A stretch of 64,000 nucleotides of DNA from Malacoraja senta (GCA_038087875.1 CM075990.1:3908001-3972000); one strand, 5' to 3'; positions 23,796 through 39,552 are shown, numbered from the stretch's first letter. The notes: generated by a model not told the origin, from the letters alone. Numbers and translations: made by a program.

Positions 23796-24585
23796 TAACT
23801 CTCAAACACAGATAGAAACACACACCCTTGCACACATACTTTAATACACAGAAGTCGCACACACTTGCACACACACTCACAAGGACACACACACACACAC
23901 ACGCAGACACACACACACGCACGGGCACACTTCCACAAAGACAAACATATTACACAAACCGCTATACGTGTTCATGAACTCACATACTCGCACCAACACA
24001 TACAAACACACGTATGTTTGGTTTGAATTGTCATCAGTCTACACAAAGCACAACAACAGATGAGTATTTTCACCTACACTAGCTGCGGTGTGTCCTAACT
24101 AGCTTTCTCTGCACCAAACTCTCTTCACAGAGAACAGAGTTCTCAATTTTGTTTACAACTTTGTTACCTGAACCGTCCTCTCACCAACCAGAGAGCGGTC
24201 CTGACCTCCCATCTATCTCATCGGAGACCTTCGAACTCTCTTTAATCGGACTCTATTGGACTTTATCTTGTACTAAACACCCTTTATCCTGTACTTGTAC
24301 GCTGTGGACAGCTCGATTGTAATCACGTGTAGTCTTTTCGCTGACTGGATAGCAGGCAACAAGAAGCTTGTCACTGTACCTCAGTACATGTGACACTAAT
24401 AAACTAAAATCACTACACATGCAGAGTGGTTTGTATACTTATTACAGAGAAGGACACTGTCGGGAAGGACTGTGCAATCAGATTTTGCAAAGACTAACGA
24501 TGAACACAAAGCTATAGGATTGTAGGCTCATCAATTTTCTTCAGCAGAGCAACCATGCAGTGCTACTGTACATGCATCAATGGCA

Positions 24586-24677
24586 CAATGCAGAAGACCT
24601 CCAATGCAGAAGACTACCAATGCAGAAGACTCCAATGCAGAAGACTCCAATGCAGAAGACTCCAATGCAGAAGACTC
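24586..24677 (+). repeat. 15-16-bp minisatellite (CAATGCAGAAGACTC)x6
   Basis: Six adjacent near-identical units read directly from the sequence. Confidence 0.9.
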
Positions 24678-26761
24678 ATAAAATCTCCCTCTGAAGTGGC
24701 TGAACCAGCCACTGAGCTTAAGGGCAATTAGGGATGGGTAATAAATGCTGGCCTTACCAGGGAATCCTAGGTCTGGAAAATATAGGGGTGGCACAATGGC
24801 GCAGCAGTGGACTTGCTGCCTCACAGCGCAGAGACCCCTGGTTCGATCCTGACTACGGACGCTGTCTTATCGGCGTTGTACGTTCTCCCTGTGACCTGCG
24901 TGGTTTTCCTCCGGGTGCTCCCGTTTCCTCCTGCATTCTAAAGACGTGCAGGTTTGTAGGTTAATGGGCTTCTGTAAATTGTCCCCAGTGTGTAGGGATA
25001 GAACGAGTGTAAGGGTGATCGTTGGTCGGCGCAGACTCCGTAAGCTGAAGGCCCTGTCCCACGCTGTGTCTCTGAGCTAAACTAAACTGAACTCGAAATA
25101 GGACCCATGTCTGTAATTTGTTTCCGTTGCAGGTTGGTCTTCACTAATCTAGTACCGCGTTATCACAAGGACTCCAATGGTCCAGAAGAACCACCATTCC
25201 TCCTGGGATAAATATTCTATTGTATCAAGCAGACCGTATCCTGTCCAGAGGAGGTTCTCAACCCAAAACGTCACCTATCCATGTTCTCCGGTGATGCTGC
25301 CTGGCCCGCTGAGTTACTCCAGCTCTTTGTGTCTTTTTGGGTATTAACCAGCATCTTCAGTTCCAAATCCCAAACACCCTATTTTACCTTCATAAAAACA
25401 GAGGAGGCCATTAAGCCCCTCAGGTCCAGACTAGCTCACTGTGGAGAAATCCCATTCCCGCTCCTCATTATTTCCCAACTTCCCTACATGTATTCTCTCC
25501 CTCATGTGAGCATCAACTCCTCTTTAATTCTTGAGCAAAACAAAAGTGCCAGAGGAACACAATGGGTCAGGCAGCATCTGTGGAGGAAATGCAAGGTCAA
25601 CGTTTCAGGTCAAGATTTCTGGTCAGGACCTGATGAAAAAGGATCCCGTCTGAACCGAAACATCACCTGTCCATTCCCTCCCTGGCTGCTGAGTTCCTCC
25701 AGTTAATACTTTTTGCCATTAAGCTAGGTACAGGAAGAGATATTGTCAAGCTGGAAAGGGTGCAGAGAAGATTTACCAGATGTTACCAGGACTCAAGGTA
25801 CTAAGCTATAGGGAGAGGTTGAGCAGGTTATTGCCTGGAGAGGAGGAGGATGAAGGGTGATCTTATAGAAGTGTACAAAATGGTGATTGGAATAGATCAG
25901 ATAAACGCACAGTCTCTTGCCCAGAGTAGGGCATTCAAGAACCAGAGGACATACAATATGTTTAAAGTGAGGTGGGAACCTTAGGGTAACTATTTTGCAC
26001 AAAGGGTGGTGGGTTTCTGGAACAGGCTGTTGAGGCAGGTACTATAGGCAGTGTTCAAGAAACAATTAGACAGGTACATGGATAGGACAGGTTTAGAGGG
26101 ATATGGGCCAAATGCAGGCAGGTGGCATTAGTGTACTGTAGGTGGGCAGGTTTGGTCATTGTGGGCAGGTTGAGTCACTGGGCCTGTTTCCACACTGTAT
26201 CACTCTATGACTCTATGACTTTAAGACTAGGGATAATTCGGTACGTCTTCGGGACGCGGGAGGAAACCGGAGCACCCGAAGGAAACCCACGCAGTCACAG
26301 GGGAAACATGCAAACTCCACTCAGAGAGCACCGGAGGGCAGGATCGAACCCAGATTGAAACATATAAGATTGTTAAGGGCTTGGACACACTAGAGGCAGG
26401 GAAACATGTTCCCGATGTTGGGGGAGTCCAGAACCTGGGGCCACAGTTTAAGATAAGGGGTAAGCCATTTAGAACGGAGACGAGGAAACACTTTTCTCAC
26501 AGAGAGTTGTGAGTCTGTGGAATTCTCTGCCTCAGAGGGCGGTGGAGGCAGGTTCTCTGGATGCTTTCTAGAGAGAGCTAGATAGGGCTCTTAAAAATAG
26601 CGGAGTCAGGGGATATGGGGAGAAGGCAGGAATGGGGCACTGATTGGGATGATCAGCCATGATCACATTGAATGGTGGTGCTGGCTCAAGGGCCAAATGG
26701 CCTGCTCCTATTGTCTATTGTCTATTGTCTATTGTCTATTGTCTATTGGAGCTGCTCCACC

Positions 26762-28290
26762 CATCTCTGTTCCTCGACCGTAGAAGCAACCTATACCCGG
26801 CCACTGACACCCTCCTCCGCCTAGCGGAGCTGGTCCTTACCCTCAATAACTTCTCATTTGACTCCTCCCATTTCTTCCAAATGCAAGGCGTAGCTATGGG
26901 CACATGGATGGCCCCAGCTACGCCTGCCTCTTTGTCGGGTACGTAGAACAATCCTTGTTCAATGCGTACCAGGGCCCCATCCCCCGACCTCTACCTCCAC
27001 TACATCGATGACTGTTTTGGTGCCACATCCTGCACCCACACAACTGACTGACTTCATCCGCTTCACCACCAACTTCCATCCGGCACTCAAATACACCTGG
27101 ACCATTTCCGACACTTCCCTACCATTCCTTGACCTCACTATCTCCATCGCAGGTGATAGACTTCTTACCGACATCCACTACAAACCTACCGACTCCCATG
27201 GCTATCTGGACTACACTCTTCCCACCCTGCTTCCTGTAAGGACTCCATCCCCACTCCCAATTCCTCCGTCTACACCGCATCTGCTCCAGGATGAGGCGTT
27301 CCACACAAGGGCATCCGAAATGTCCTCATTCTTCAGGGAACGGGGTTCCCCTCCTCCACCATAGATGAGGCTCGCACCAGGGTCTCTGCCATACCCCGCA
27401 ACACTGCTCTCTCTCCCATCCCCCCACTCACAACAAGGGCAGAGTCCCCCTAGTCCTCACCTTTCACCCCACCAGCCGTCACATACAACAAGTGATCCTC
27501 CGTCAGTTTCGCCACATCCAACGTGACCCCACCACTCGCCACATCTTCCATCTCCCCCATGTCTGCCTTCCGCAAAGACCGCTCCCTCTGTAACTCCCTT
27601 GTCAATTCTTCCCTTCCCTCCCGTACCACCCCCTCCCCGGGTACTTTCCCATGCAACCGCAAGAGATGCAACACTTGTCCCTTCACCACCCCCCTCGACT
27701 CCATTCAAGGACCTAAGCAGTCGTTCTAGGTGCGACAGAGGTTCACCTGCATCTCCTCCAACCTCATCTATTGCATCCGCTGCTCTAGATGCCAGCTGAT
27801 CTACATCGGTGAGACCAAGCGGAGGCTTGGCGATCGTTTCGCCGAACACCTCCGGTCGGTCCGCAATAACTAGCCTGACCTCCCGGTGGCTCAGCACTTC
27901 AACTCCCCCTGCCATTCCGTATCTGACCTCTCTGTCCTGGGTCTCCTCCATGGCCACAGCGAGCAACACCGGAAATTGGAGGAAATGCACCTCATATTCC
28001 GCTTGGGCAGTCTACATCCTGGGGGCTTGAACATTGAATTCTCCAATTCTGCTAGCCCTTGCTGTCCCCTCCCTTCATCAGCCCTCTGGTTGTCTCCTCC
28101 CCTCCCCCAGCCCTCGGGCTCCTCTCCGCCTTTTTTCTTTCTTCTCCCCACCCCTATCAGTCTGAAGAAGGGTTTAGGCCCGAAACGTTGTCTATTTCCT
28201 TCGCTCCATAGATGCTGCTGCACCCGCTGAGTTTCTCCAGCATTTTTGTCTACCTCGATTTTCCAGCATCTGCAGTTCTTCTTTAATACT
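26762..28290 (+). mobile_element. Penelope-like retroelement (RT plus GIY-YIG endonuclease), 5'-truncated and disrupted
   Basis: QGVAMGT, YIDD, LPFLDLTI, YKPTDSHGYLDY, and the TCISSNLIYCIRCSRCQLIYIGETKRRLGDRFAEH GIY-YIG-type region; ends in the hammerhead-like module. Confidence 0.9.
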
Positions 28291-30444
28291 CTGTTCCACC
28301 CTGCTGCCTCTGAGATCAAAAACTGTGGTTCGAAAGCCCATCTGGAAACTGGTGCCGAACGTCAACAGAGAGCGGCACTTGGGAGAGCTGCCATCAGTTG
28401 AGTAAAACATTAAGCAAAGACCTGAGCAGGTATTTCAGTAAGGGCGGCACGGTGACGCAGCGGTAGAACTACTACCCTACAGCGCCAGAGACCCGGTTCA
28501 ATCCTGACTACAGGCCCTGTCTGTACGGAGTTTGTACGTTCTCCCCGTGACCTGCGTGGGTTACATCCGAGATCTTCAATTTCCTGCCGCACTCCAAAGA
28601 CGCGCAGGTTTGTAGGTTAATTGGTAAATTGTCCCTAGTGTGTGTGCAGGGTAGTATTAATGTGCGGGGGTCGCTGGTTGGTGCGGACTCGATGGGCCGA
28701 AGGGCCTGTTTCTGCCCTTTCTGTATCTCTAAACAAAACTAAACTAAACTAAAGTACCTCCTGACAACACAGTAAACAGGTGCATGGACAAATATTTTCT
28801 CTGCATCTGATAAAACATTCTGTGAACCTTGTTTCCCCTGCGTTAGTAGAGTTGGTGCAAACATCGACATGGAATTTTGGGTGGCGGTGATTGTTTACAG
28901 GGCAGGGATCATGAGGACAAAGTCTCAGCTGAAACATTCTACAAGCCGCTGTTCCTAATCGCTGTTTTCCCAAGAGGTTGTTGCTCTCCGAGCCAAAATC
29001 AATGGCACCCCTGTTTTCCTCAAGATGCTCAGGGACAGGAGAGTTGAGCTAGAGACTCCAGAAACTGAACATTGACTTCTCCAATTTCAGGTAGTCCCTG
29101 CTTTCCCCCTCCCCTTCCCAGCTCTCCCACAGCCCATTGTCTCCGCCTCTTCCTTTCTTCTTCCCACCCCCCCCCCACCCCCACATCAGTCTGAAGAAGA
29201 GTCTCAAACCGAAACGTCGCCTATTTCCTTCGCTCCATAGATGCTGCCTCACCCGCTGAGTTTCTCCAGCATTTTTGTCTACCAGAAACTGCAGATGCTG
29301 GTTTACCAAACAAAGGACACAAAAAGTGCTGGAGTAACTCAGCAGGTCAGGCAGCATTTCTGGAGAACATGGACAAGTAACGTTTCGGGATGGGTTCAGT
29401 AGGGTTGAGCTGCTATTTTCACTGTATTCCAGGTCTGAGTTGATGTCTCGACCCCGAACGTCACCCATCCCTTCTCTCCAGAGATGCTGCCTGTCCCGCT
29501 GAGTTACTCCAGCATTTTGTGTCTATCTTCGCTGTAAACCAGCATCTGCAGTTCCTTCTTACACTGATTTTAGTTTTGTTTATTACTGTCACGTGTACTG
29601 CGTACAGTGAAAGATTTTTTGTTTGCATGCTATCCAGTCGAAGGAAAAGCTATACATGATGACAATCAAGTCGTCCACACTGCACAGATCAAGCATAAAG
29701 GTCCAACATTTAGTGCAAGATACACTCCGATTAATGATAGTTCAAAGGTTTCCAAAGGGGTAGATGGGAGATCAGGGGCCGCACTCTAGCTGATGAGAGG
29801 ATGCTTCACTTGTCTGATAACAGCTGAGATGAAGCTGTCCCTGAATCTGGAGGTGTGCGTTTTCACACTTCTGTACCTGATGCCTGATGGGAGAGGGGAG
29901 AAGAGGGAGTGACTGGGGGTGAGACTGGTCCTTGATTATGCTGCTGGCCTTGCCGAGGCAGCGTGAAGTGCAGATGGAGTCAATGGAAGGGAGGTTGGTT
30001 TGTGTGATGGTCTGGGCTGCGTCCGCAAATCTCTGCAATATCTTGCGCTCTTGAATGGAGCTGTTCCCAAAGCAAGGGAAGCACATATGTGTCTAAGAAG
30101 CTGAGCAGGTTGGTGTCTGGGAAAGAAGCAGCAGAGTTTGCCTCGGGATTCTACTTGTTGGTCACCTCCTGCTCTCAAGACCAGGGATCACCAGGGCGTG
30201 ACTTTCACTAGAAATTCCCAGACTTATTCAGTACAAAATAATTCATTTTCTTCTGGGAGTTTTTGCAGCATTTAGTTCGGTTTAGATTAGAGGTAAAGCA
30301 TGGAAACAGGCCCTTCGGCCCACCGAGTCCGTGCCGACCATTTTCCTCATCCACCTGCACTTGTTCTATGTTCTACCCTACACACACAAGGGGCAATTTA
30401 CAATTTACAGAGGTGAATTGACCTACAAACCCGCACGTCTTTAG

Positions 30445-31045
30445 ACAACAGACAATAGACAATAGACAATAGGTGCAGGAGTAGGCCATTTAGCCCTTCG
30501 AGCCAGTGTGATCATTCAATGTGATCATGGCTGATCATCCCCAATCAGTACCCCGTTCCTGCCTTCCCCCCATATCCCCTGACTCCGCTATTTTTAAGAG
30601 CCCTATCTAGCTCTCTCTTGAAAGCATCCAGAGAACCTGCCTCCACCACCCTCTGAGGCAGAGAATTCCACAGACTCACCACTCTCTGTGAGAAAAAGTT
30701 TCCTCACCTCCGTTCTAAATGGCTTACTCCTTATTCTTAATCTGTGGCCCCTGGTTCTGGACTCCCCCAACATCGGGAACATGTTTCCTGCCTCTAGTGT
30801 GTCCAAGCCCTTAACAATCTTATATGTTTCAATGAGATTCCCTCTCATCCTTCTAAACTCCAGAGTGTACAAGCCCAGCTGCTCCATTCTCTCAGCATAT
30901 GACAATCCCGCCATCCCGGGAATTAACCTTGTAAACCTACGCTGCACTCCCTCAATAGCAAGAATGTCCTTCCTCAAATTAGGGGACCATAACTGCACAC
31001 AATACTCCAGGTGTGGTCTCACTAGGGCTCTGTACAACTGCAGAA
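30445..31045 (-). mobile_element. CR1 LINE 3' fragment inserted in a V-SINE
   Basis: [15 protein letters not shown]...RRMRGNLIETYK; (CAATAGA)n tail; the SINE sequence resumes on both sides. Confidence 0.85.
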
Positions 31046-33134
31046 GGAGTCTTTGGAGTGTGGAAGGAAACCGGAGCACCCGCATGAAACCCACGCGGTC
31101 ACAGGGGGAACGTGCAAACGCTGTACAGACAGCACCCGAGGTCAGGATCGAACCCAGGTCTCTGGCGCTGTGAGGCAGTGGCTCAACCTGCTGTGCCACC
31201 GTGCTGCCCCAGGTCTAAGGTACACAAACAACACAATCATATGACTTAAAACATAGAACAGTACAGCACAAGAACAGGCCCTTCAGCCCACCATATCCAT
31301 GCTGAACATGATACAAAGTTAAATTAATCTCTTCTGCCTGTCAGGGATCCATATCTCTTGATTCCCTGCATTTCCATGTGCCGATCTAAAACCCCTTTAA
31401 ATGCCACACTCATATCTGCCTCCACTTCCCCTGGCAGCGCGTTCCAGGCACCTACCACTCTCCGTAAATTATTTGCCCCGCACATCTTTAAAACTTGCCC
31501 CCCTCAACTTAAAGCTATGTTCACTGGTCTTTGACATTTCCACCCTGGGAAAAGGTTCTGACTCTCTACCCTATCTATGCCTCTCATCATTTTATCTACT
31601 ATGTATCAGGCGTTGGTGAGACCGCATTTAGAATATTGTGTTCAGTTCTGGGCACCATGTTACAGGTAAGATGTTGTCAAGCTTGAAAAGGTTCAGAGAA
31701 GATTTACGAGGGTGCTGCCAGGACTAGAGGGTGTGAGCTATAGGGAGAGGTTGAGTAGGCTGGGTCTCTATTCCTTGGAGCGTAGGAGGCTGAGGGGTGA
31801 TCTTACAGAGGTGTACAAAATCATGAGAGGAATAGACTCTGGGCACAGAGTCTCTTGCCCAGAGTAGGGGAATCGAGGACCAGAGGAGATAGGTTCAAGG
31901 TGAAGGGGAAATGATTTAATAGGAATCTGAGGGGTAACTTTTTCATACAAAGGATGGTGGGTGTATGGAACGAGCTGCCAGAGGAGGTTGTTGAGGCTGG
32001 GACTATCCCAACGTATAAGAAACAGTTAGACAGGTACATGGATAGGACAGGTTTGGAGGGATATGGACCAAGCGCAGGCAAGTGGGACTAGTGTAGCTGG
32101 GATAAGTTGGGCAAGTTGGGCCGAAGGGCCTGTTTCCACACTGCATCACTCTATGACTCTATCAGGTCTTACTTCTCGCATCTGTCTGTGAATCTAAAAA
32201 AGACTCATAGAGAGGCAGGATCTACGCAGTGGATGGCAGGGCTCTGTGGGGTGTTGGGGAGCAGAGGGCTCGAGGGGTGAAAGCACAACGTTCCTTGATA
32301 GAGGTGTCACAGGTCAAAAGGCTTTCAGCACATTAGGCTTCATCAGTTCGTGGATTGAGTCTAGAAGTTATGAGGTCATGTTACAGTTCTATAAGACTTT
32401 GGTGAGGCCATATTTAGTTATAGGAAAGGTCTCGACCCGATGGTCTCATCCAGAGATGCTGCCTGTCCCGCTGAGTTACTCCAGCATTTTGTGTCTATCG
32501 TCTAGTTATAGGAAAGATGTTGTCAAGCTTGAAAGGGTTCAGAGAAGATTTAGCAGGATGTTGCCAGGACTCGAGGGAGAGGTTGAGCAGATTAAGGCTT
32601 TATTCTGTGGAGCTCTGGAGGATGAAGGGTGATCGTATATAGGTGCTTCAGCACTGAAGTGGAGATAGTTGAAAACGTCAAAGTCCTAGGTCAATATCAC
32701 CAACGACTTCTCCTGGACCACCCATACTGAAGCAACGGCCGAGAAACCACACCAATGCCTCGACAACTTCTGCAGATGTGCCGTAGAATGCATTTTATCA
32801 AATTGTTTCCTGTTTCTGTTCCCGTTGAAACCGTTTCCCAGTCACTTCCTGGCGAGGATGCGACTATTCTCCGAGTCACATCTTCGCCCCCGCCCCTCCC
32901 CCCTCGCGACCTACGAACTGGATTGGCGCGGCCTTTCCTGCCGGAAACCGACCGGAGCTTCAGCAGCGGCGGCGCAGCACTGGATACATCGCGGAGCGGG
33001 TGATGCCTTACCTGGATCACCGTTTGAAGCTCCGGAGTGTCGGGCCTGCTGCTTCAACATCGCGGACCTGGGATCCATTTGCCGAGGGCCACCAGCGTGA
33101 ATCTCCGCCCAGCTCGGCCTGTGGACTTCGGGAG

Positions 33135-33858
33135 TATCCAGAGAACCGGCCTCCACCGCCCTCTGAGGCAGAGAATTCCACAGACTCACAACTCTCTGTG
33201 AGAAAAAGTGTTTTCCCGTCTCCGTTCTAAATGGCTTACCCCTTATTCTTAAACTGTGGGCCCTGGTTCTGGACTCCCCCAACATCGGGAACATGTTTCC
33301 TGCCTCTTGCATGTCGAAACCCTTAACAATCTTATATGTTTCAATAAGATCACCTCTCATCCTTCTAAACTCCAGAGTGTACATGCCCAGCCACTCCATT
33401 CTCTCAGCATATGACAGTCCCGCCATCCCGGGAATTAACCTTGTAAACCTACGCTGCCCTCCCTCAATAGCAAGAATGTCCTTCCTCAAATTAGGGGATC
33501 AAAACTGCACGCAATACTCCAGGTGTGGTCTCACTAGGGCCCTGTACAACTGCAGAAGGACCTCTTTGCTCCTATACTTGACTCCTCTTGTTATAAAGGC
33601 CAACATGCCATTTGCTTTCTTCACTGCCTGCTGTACCTGCATGCTTACTTTCATAGACTGATGAACAAGGACCCCCAGATCCCGTTGTACTTCGCCTTTT
33701 CCCAACTTGACGCTATTTAGATAGTAATCTGCCTTCCTTTTTTTTATACCAAAGTGGATAACCTCACATTTATCCACATTAAACTTCATCTGCCATGCAT
33801 CTGCCCACTCACCCAACCTGTCCAAGTCAGCCTGCATTCTCATAGCATCCTCCTCACA
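33135..33858 (-). mobile_element. CR1 LINE RT fragment
   Basis: WADAWQMKFNVDKCEVIH, RDLGVLV and VRPHLEYC. Confidence 0.85.
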
Positions 33859-34828
33859 CATGTTGTCTTTCTGCTGGCTGGATAGCACGCAACAAAAGTT
33901 TTTCACTGCACCTCGGTACACGTGACAATAAACAAAACTAAAACTGGAACAATCATGAGAGGAATAAATGCGCAGAGTCTCTTGCCCAGAGTAGGGGAAT
34001 CGAGAACCAGAGGACATAAGGTGAGGGGGGAAAGCTTTTATAGAAATCTGAGGGGTACGTTTTTCACGGAAAGGGTGGTGGGTGTATAAAATGAGCTGCC
34101 GGCGGAGGTCGTTGAGGCAGGTACTGAGACAGGCATGGTTAAGAAACATTTAGACAGGTACATGGATAGGACAGGTTTAGAGAGATATGGGCCAAACACG
34201 GGCGGGGGACTAGTGTAGATGGGGCATGTTGGCCGGTGTGGGCAAGTTGGGTCGAGGGGCCTGTTTCCACACTGTCTGATTCCACGACTCTATATGTTGA
34301 TGTGATATCAGAAACGAGTTAACCTTTGAGGGGGATAGAACCTCAGAGCATGTGTTAGTGTCCATTCACTTTGGAACTCCCGCAAGCTTTATATAGAGCG
34401 GCACAGTGGGGCAGCGGGTAGAGCTGCTTCCTCACTGTGCCAGGGATTGGCGTGGTTCGATCCTAACCCCAGGAGCTCTCCGTGTGGAGATTGCGACCAT
34501 GAGGGTGTCTCCAGGTGTTTCGGTTTCCATTACCTCCTCCGGCAGCTCGTTCCATGCACCCACCTCCCTCTGTGTGAAAACGTTACCTCTCAGGTTCCTA
34601 TTCAATCTTTCCCCCCTCACCTTAAACCTATGTCCTCTGGTGCTCGATTCCCCTAATCTGGGCAAGAGACTCTGTGCATCTACCCGATCTATTCCTCTCG
34701 TGATTTTGTACCCGTGTATAAGATCATCCCTCATCCTCCAGCGCTCCAAGGAATAGAGTCCTAGCCAGCTCAACCTGCCCCTGCAGATCAGGCCCTCAAG
34801 TCCTGGCAACATCCTCGTAACTCAGTAA

Positions 34829-36014
<1,186 letters not shown>

Positions 36015-36529
36015 TAGTAAGATGATGGCTGATCTATAGTGGGTTCACTGCCCCATTGAGGAAGAGAGCTTTAAAGATGTCCAATGCTCCGAGGAATATC
36101 TTCACTCTTCACTGTAAATGGACAGCCCTTTATTCTTCAACTGTTACTCTTAATTCTAGATTCTAGATTCTCCAATAAAACAAAACATTTAATTCAGATC
36201 CACTCCTTCAGGGCCCCTCAGGATCCTCTACATCTCTATCTCATTTATCCCCGGTTGTGTAAAGTCATGAGAGGAATGCGTTAGTAAAAAATAAATAGTG
36301 GGCGGCAGGGTGGCGCAGCGGTAGAGTTGCTGCCTCACAGCGCCAGAGACCCGGGTTCGATCCCGACAACGAGTGCTGCCTGCACCAAGTTTGTACGTTC
36401 TCCCCGTGACATGCGCAGGTTTTTTCCGAGATCTTCGGTCTCCTCCCACACTCCAAAGACGTGCCGGTTTGCCAGTCAATTGGCTTGGTGTAAATGCAAA
36501 TCATAACTTGCGTGTGTAGGAAGGTGTAA

Positions 36530-36701
36530 AGGGCCTGTCCCACTTGGGCGTCATTTGCGCGACATCATTTATGCGTCACGACGCACGACGCGCGCATGGT
36601 GCGCGTTGACGTAGGCAGTGACGCGCGGTCGCCCCAGGATTTTGGTATCTACAAAATCTTCGCGCGCCATCTGCGTGACGCGCAAATTACGCCCAAGGTG
36701 G
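36530..36701. mobile_element. Short MITE of the AGGGCCTGTCCCACT family nested in a V-SINE
   Basis: CCACTTGGGCGTCATTTGCGC mirrored by GCGCAAATTACGCCCAAGGTGG; the right terminus is truncated. Confidence 0.6.
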
Positions 36702-38489
36702 TCGGTGCGAACTCAGCGTGCCAGAGGGCCTGTTCCCGTGCTGTATCTCTAAACTAAACTAATCTATGCAATGGGTGCACTGACTTCAACATTTGCAATG
36801 TTTAAGAAGCAACTACACAGGTACATGGATAGAAAAGGTTTAGAGGGATGTGGGCCAAATGCAGGCAGGTGGGACGAGTGTAGATGGGATATGTTGGTCA
36901 GTGCGGGCAAGTTGGGCCTGTTTCTGTGCTGTATCTCTGAACTAAACTAAACTGAAACTAATCTGGCTAGTCTGAGACGGAGGCACTGCCACGGTACAAC
37001 TCTCAATACTGAACGCACAGCTTTCTGGATTGAATATGGAGCTAAACAACAGGAAATTGGAACATTAGTAAATCATTACCAACATATTGTGACACAGAAC
37101 GGGGACCATTCAGCCATGTGCTCCCAACAGAGTTGTGAATCTGTGGAATTCTCCGCCACAGACGGCAGTGGAGGCCAATTCACTGGATGTATTCAAGAGA
37201 GAGTCAGAATTAGCTCTTAGGGCTAACGGAATCAAGGGATATGGGGAGAAAGCAGGAATGGGGTACTGATTCTGGATGGTCAGCCATGATCATATTGAAT
37301 GGCGGTGCTGACTCGAAGGGCCGAATGGCCTACTCCTGCACCTATTTTCAATGTTTTCTATGTTTCTAATAGTACAATCCCATTAGAATCACTCCGCTTC
37401 ATCCTATGGGCTCTGCAATATATCTGTTCTCACATATCCGTCAACTTGGCCGCACGGTGGTGCAGCGGTAGGTTTGTTGCCTTGCAGGGCCAGAGACCCG
37501 GGTTCAATCCTGATTACGGGTGCTGTCTAGAGGGAGTTTGTATGTTCTCCTCGTGACCACGTGGGTTCTCTCTGGGTGCCCCGGTTTCCTCCCAATACTC
37601 CAAAGACATACAAGTCTGTAGGTTAATTGGCTTTGGCAAAAATTGTGCATAGGATAGTGTGTATGATATTGCTAGTGTACGGGGATCGTTGGTCGGCGCG
37701 GACTCGGTGGGCCAAAGGCCTGTTTCCGTGCTGTATCTCTCTAAACTTTAAACTGAAAACTCCATTTTGATAACCACTTACGCATACGAAAGGAAAATGT
37801 ATGACAGTCAATTAGCAACCGCTACATCTTTGCGATGCGGGAGCAACCCCATGTAGATTAGTTTAGTTAAAAAATGCAGCAGGGAAACAGGCCATTCGGC
37901 CCACCGAGTCCATGCTGACCATCGATCATCCATTCACGCTAGTTCTATGTTATCCCACTTTCTCATCCACTCCCTACACAATGTGGGCAATTTACAGGGG
38001 GGCCAATTAACCAACAAACCCGCATGTCTTTGGTATGTAGGAGGAAACCGGAGCACCCGGAGGAAACCCACGCGGTCACAGGGAGAAGGTGCAAACTGAC
38101 GCACAGGCAGCACCCGAAGTCAGGATCGAACCCTGGTCCCTGGTGCTGTGAGGCAGCAGCACTACCAGCTGCGCATCTGTGCCGTGCAGTGTGTCGGTGA
38201 ATTGTAGAACTTGTAGAATTGTTGATAAGAATGTGGAAAGAATTTGAGTATTGTGTGCAGTTCTGGAGAGGTTGAGTAGGCTGGGTCTCTATTCCATGGA
38301 GCATAGGAGGATGAGGGGAGATCTTATAGAGGTGTACAAAATCATGAGTGGAATAGATTGGGTAGATGCACAGAGTCTCTTGCCCAGAGTCGGGGAATCG
38401 AGGACCAGAGGACATAGGTTCAAGTTGAAGGGGAAAAGGTTTCATAGGAATCCGAGGGGTAACTTTTTCACGCAGAGGATGGTGAATAC

Positions 38490-39020
38490 ATAGATACATA
38501 GATACATAGGTGCAGGAGTAGGCCATTCGGCCCTTCGAGCCTGCACCACCATTCAATATGATCATGGCTGATCATCCAACTCAGTATCCCGTACCTGCCT
38601 TCTCTCCATACCCCCTGATCCCTTTAGCCACAAGGGCCACATCTAACTCCCTCTTAAATATAGCCAATGAACTGGCCTCAACTACTCTCTGTGGCAGAGA
38701 GTTCCAGAGATTCACCACTCTCTGTGTGAAAAAGTTTTTCCTCATCTCGGTCTTAAAGGATTTCCCCCTTATCCTTAAGCTGTGACCCCTTGTCCTGGAC
38801 TTCCCCAACATCGGGAACAATCTTCCTGCATCTAGCCTGTCCAACCCCATAAGAATTTTGTACGTTTCTATAAGATCCCCTCTCAATCTCCTAAATTCTA
38901 GCGAGTATAAGCCAAGTCTATCCAGTCTTTCTTCATATGAAAGTCCTGACATCCCAGGAATCAGTCTGGTGAACCTTCTCTGCACTCCCTCTATGACTAT
39001 AATGTCCTTCCTCAGATTTG
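38490..39020 (-). mobile_element. CR1 LINE 3' end, same young subfamily as 54230-58390
   Basis: Nearly identical to 54230-54765, including the ATACATAG-type tail. Confidence 0.9.
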
Positions 39021-39552
39021 GAATGTATGGAATGTCAGAATGTATCAGAATGTATGGAACAAGCTGCCAGAGGAGGTAGTTGAGGCTGGGACTATCCCAT
39101 CGTTTAAGAAACAGTTGGAGAGTTACATGGATAGGACAGGCTTGGAGGTTTATGGACCAAGCGCAGGCAAGTGGGACTAGTGTAGCTGGGACATTGTTGG
39201 CCGGTGTGGGCAAGTGTGAGCAGAAAGACAGTATATGATTACAATCGACCCATTCACAGTGTACAGATACATGATAATGGAATAAAGTTTAGTGCAAGGT
39301 GAAGCCAGCAAAGTCCGATCAAGGATAGTTATGGAGGGAGATGGGCCAGATGCAGGCAAGGTGATTAGCACAGTTCGGCAATTCGGTTGGCATGGATAAG
39401 GTGGGCTAAATGACTCCATGACTCTGGTGTAAACGGGTGGTTGATGATCGACATAGCTTCGATGGGCCGACCGGCCTGTTTCCATGCTGTGGCACTCTCC
39501 GCTTGACTCTGTATGCTCCTGAAAGGAAATCACATGAGCCATAGAATCATAT

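Noticed and set aside
24586..24677. Short direct repeats superficially like a CRISPR array
   Set aside because: Units are adjacent with no spacers, and the context is eukaryotic; it is a minisatellite.
30603..31199. 198-aa ORF that looks like a chimeric protein
   Set aside because: Chance read-through from a V-SINE head into a nested CR1 RT fragment.
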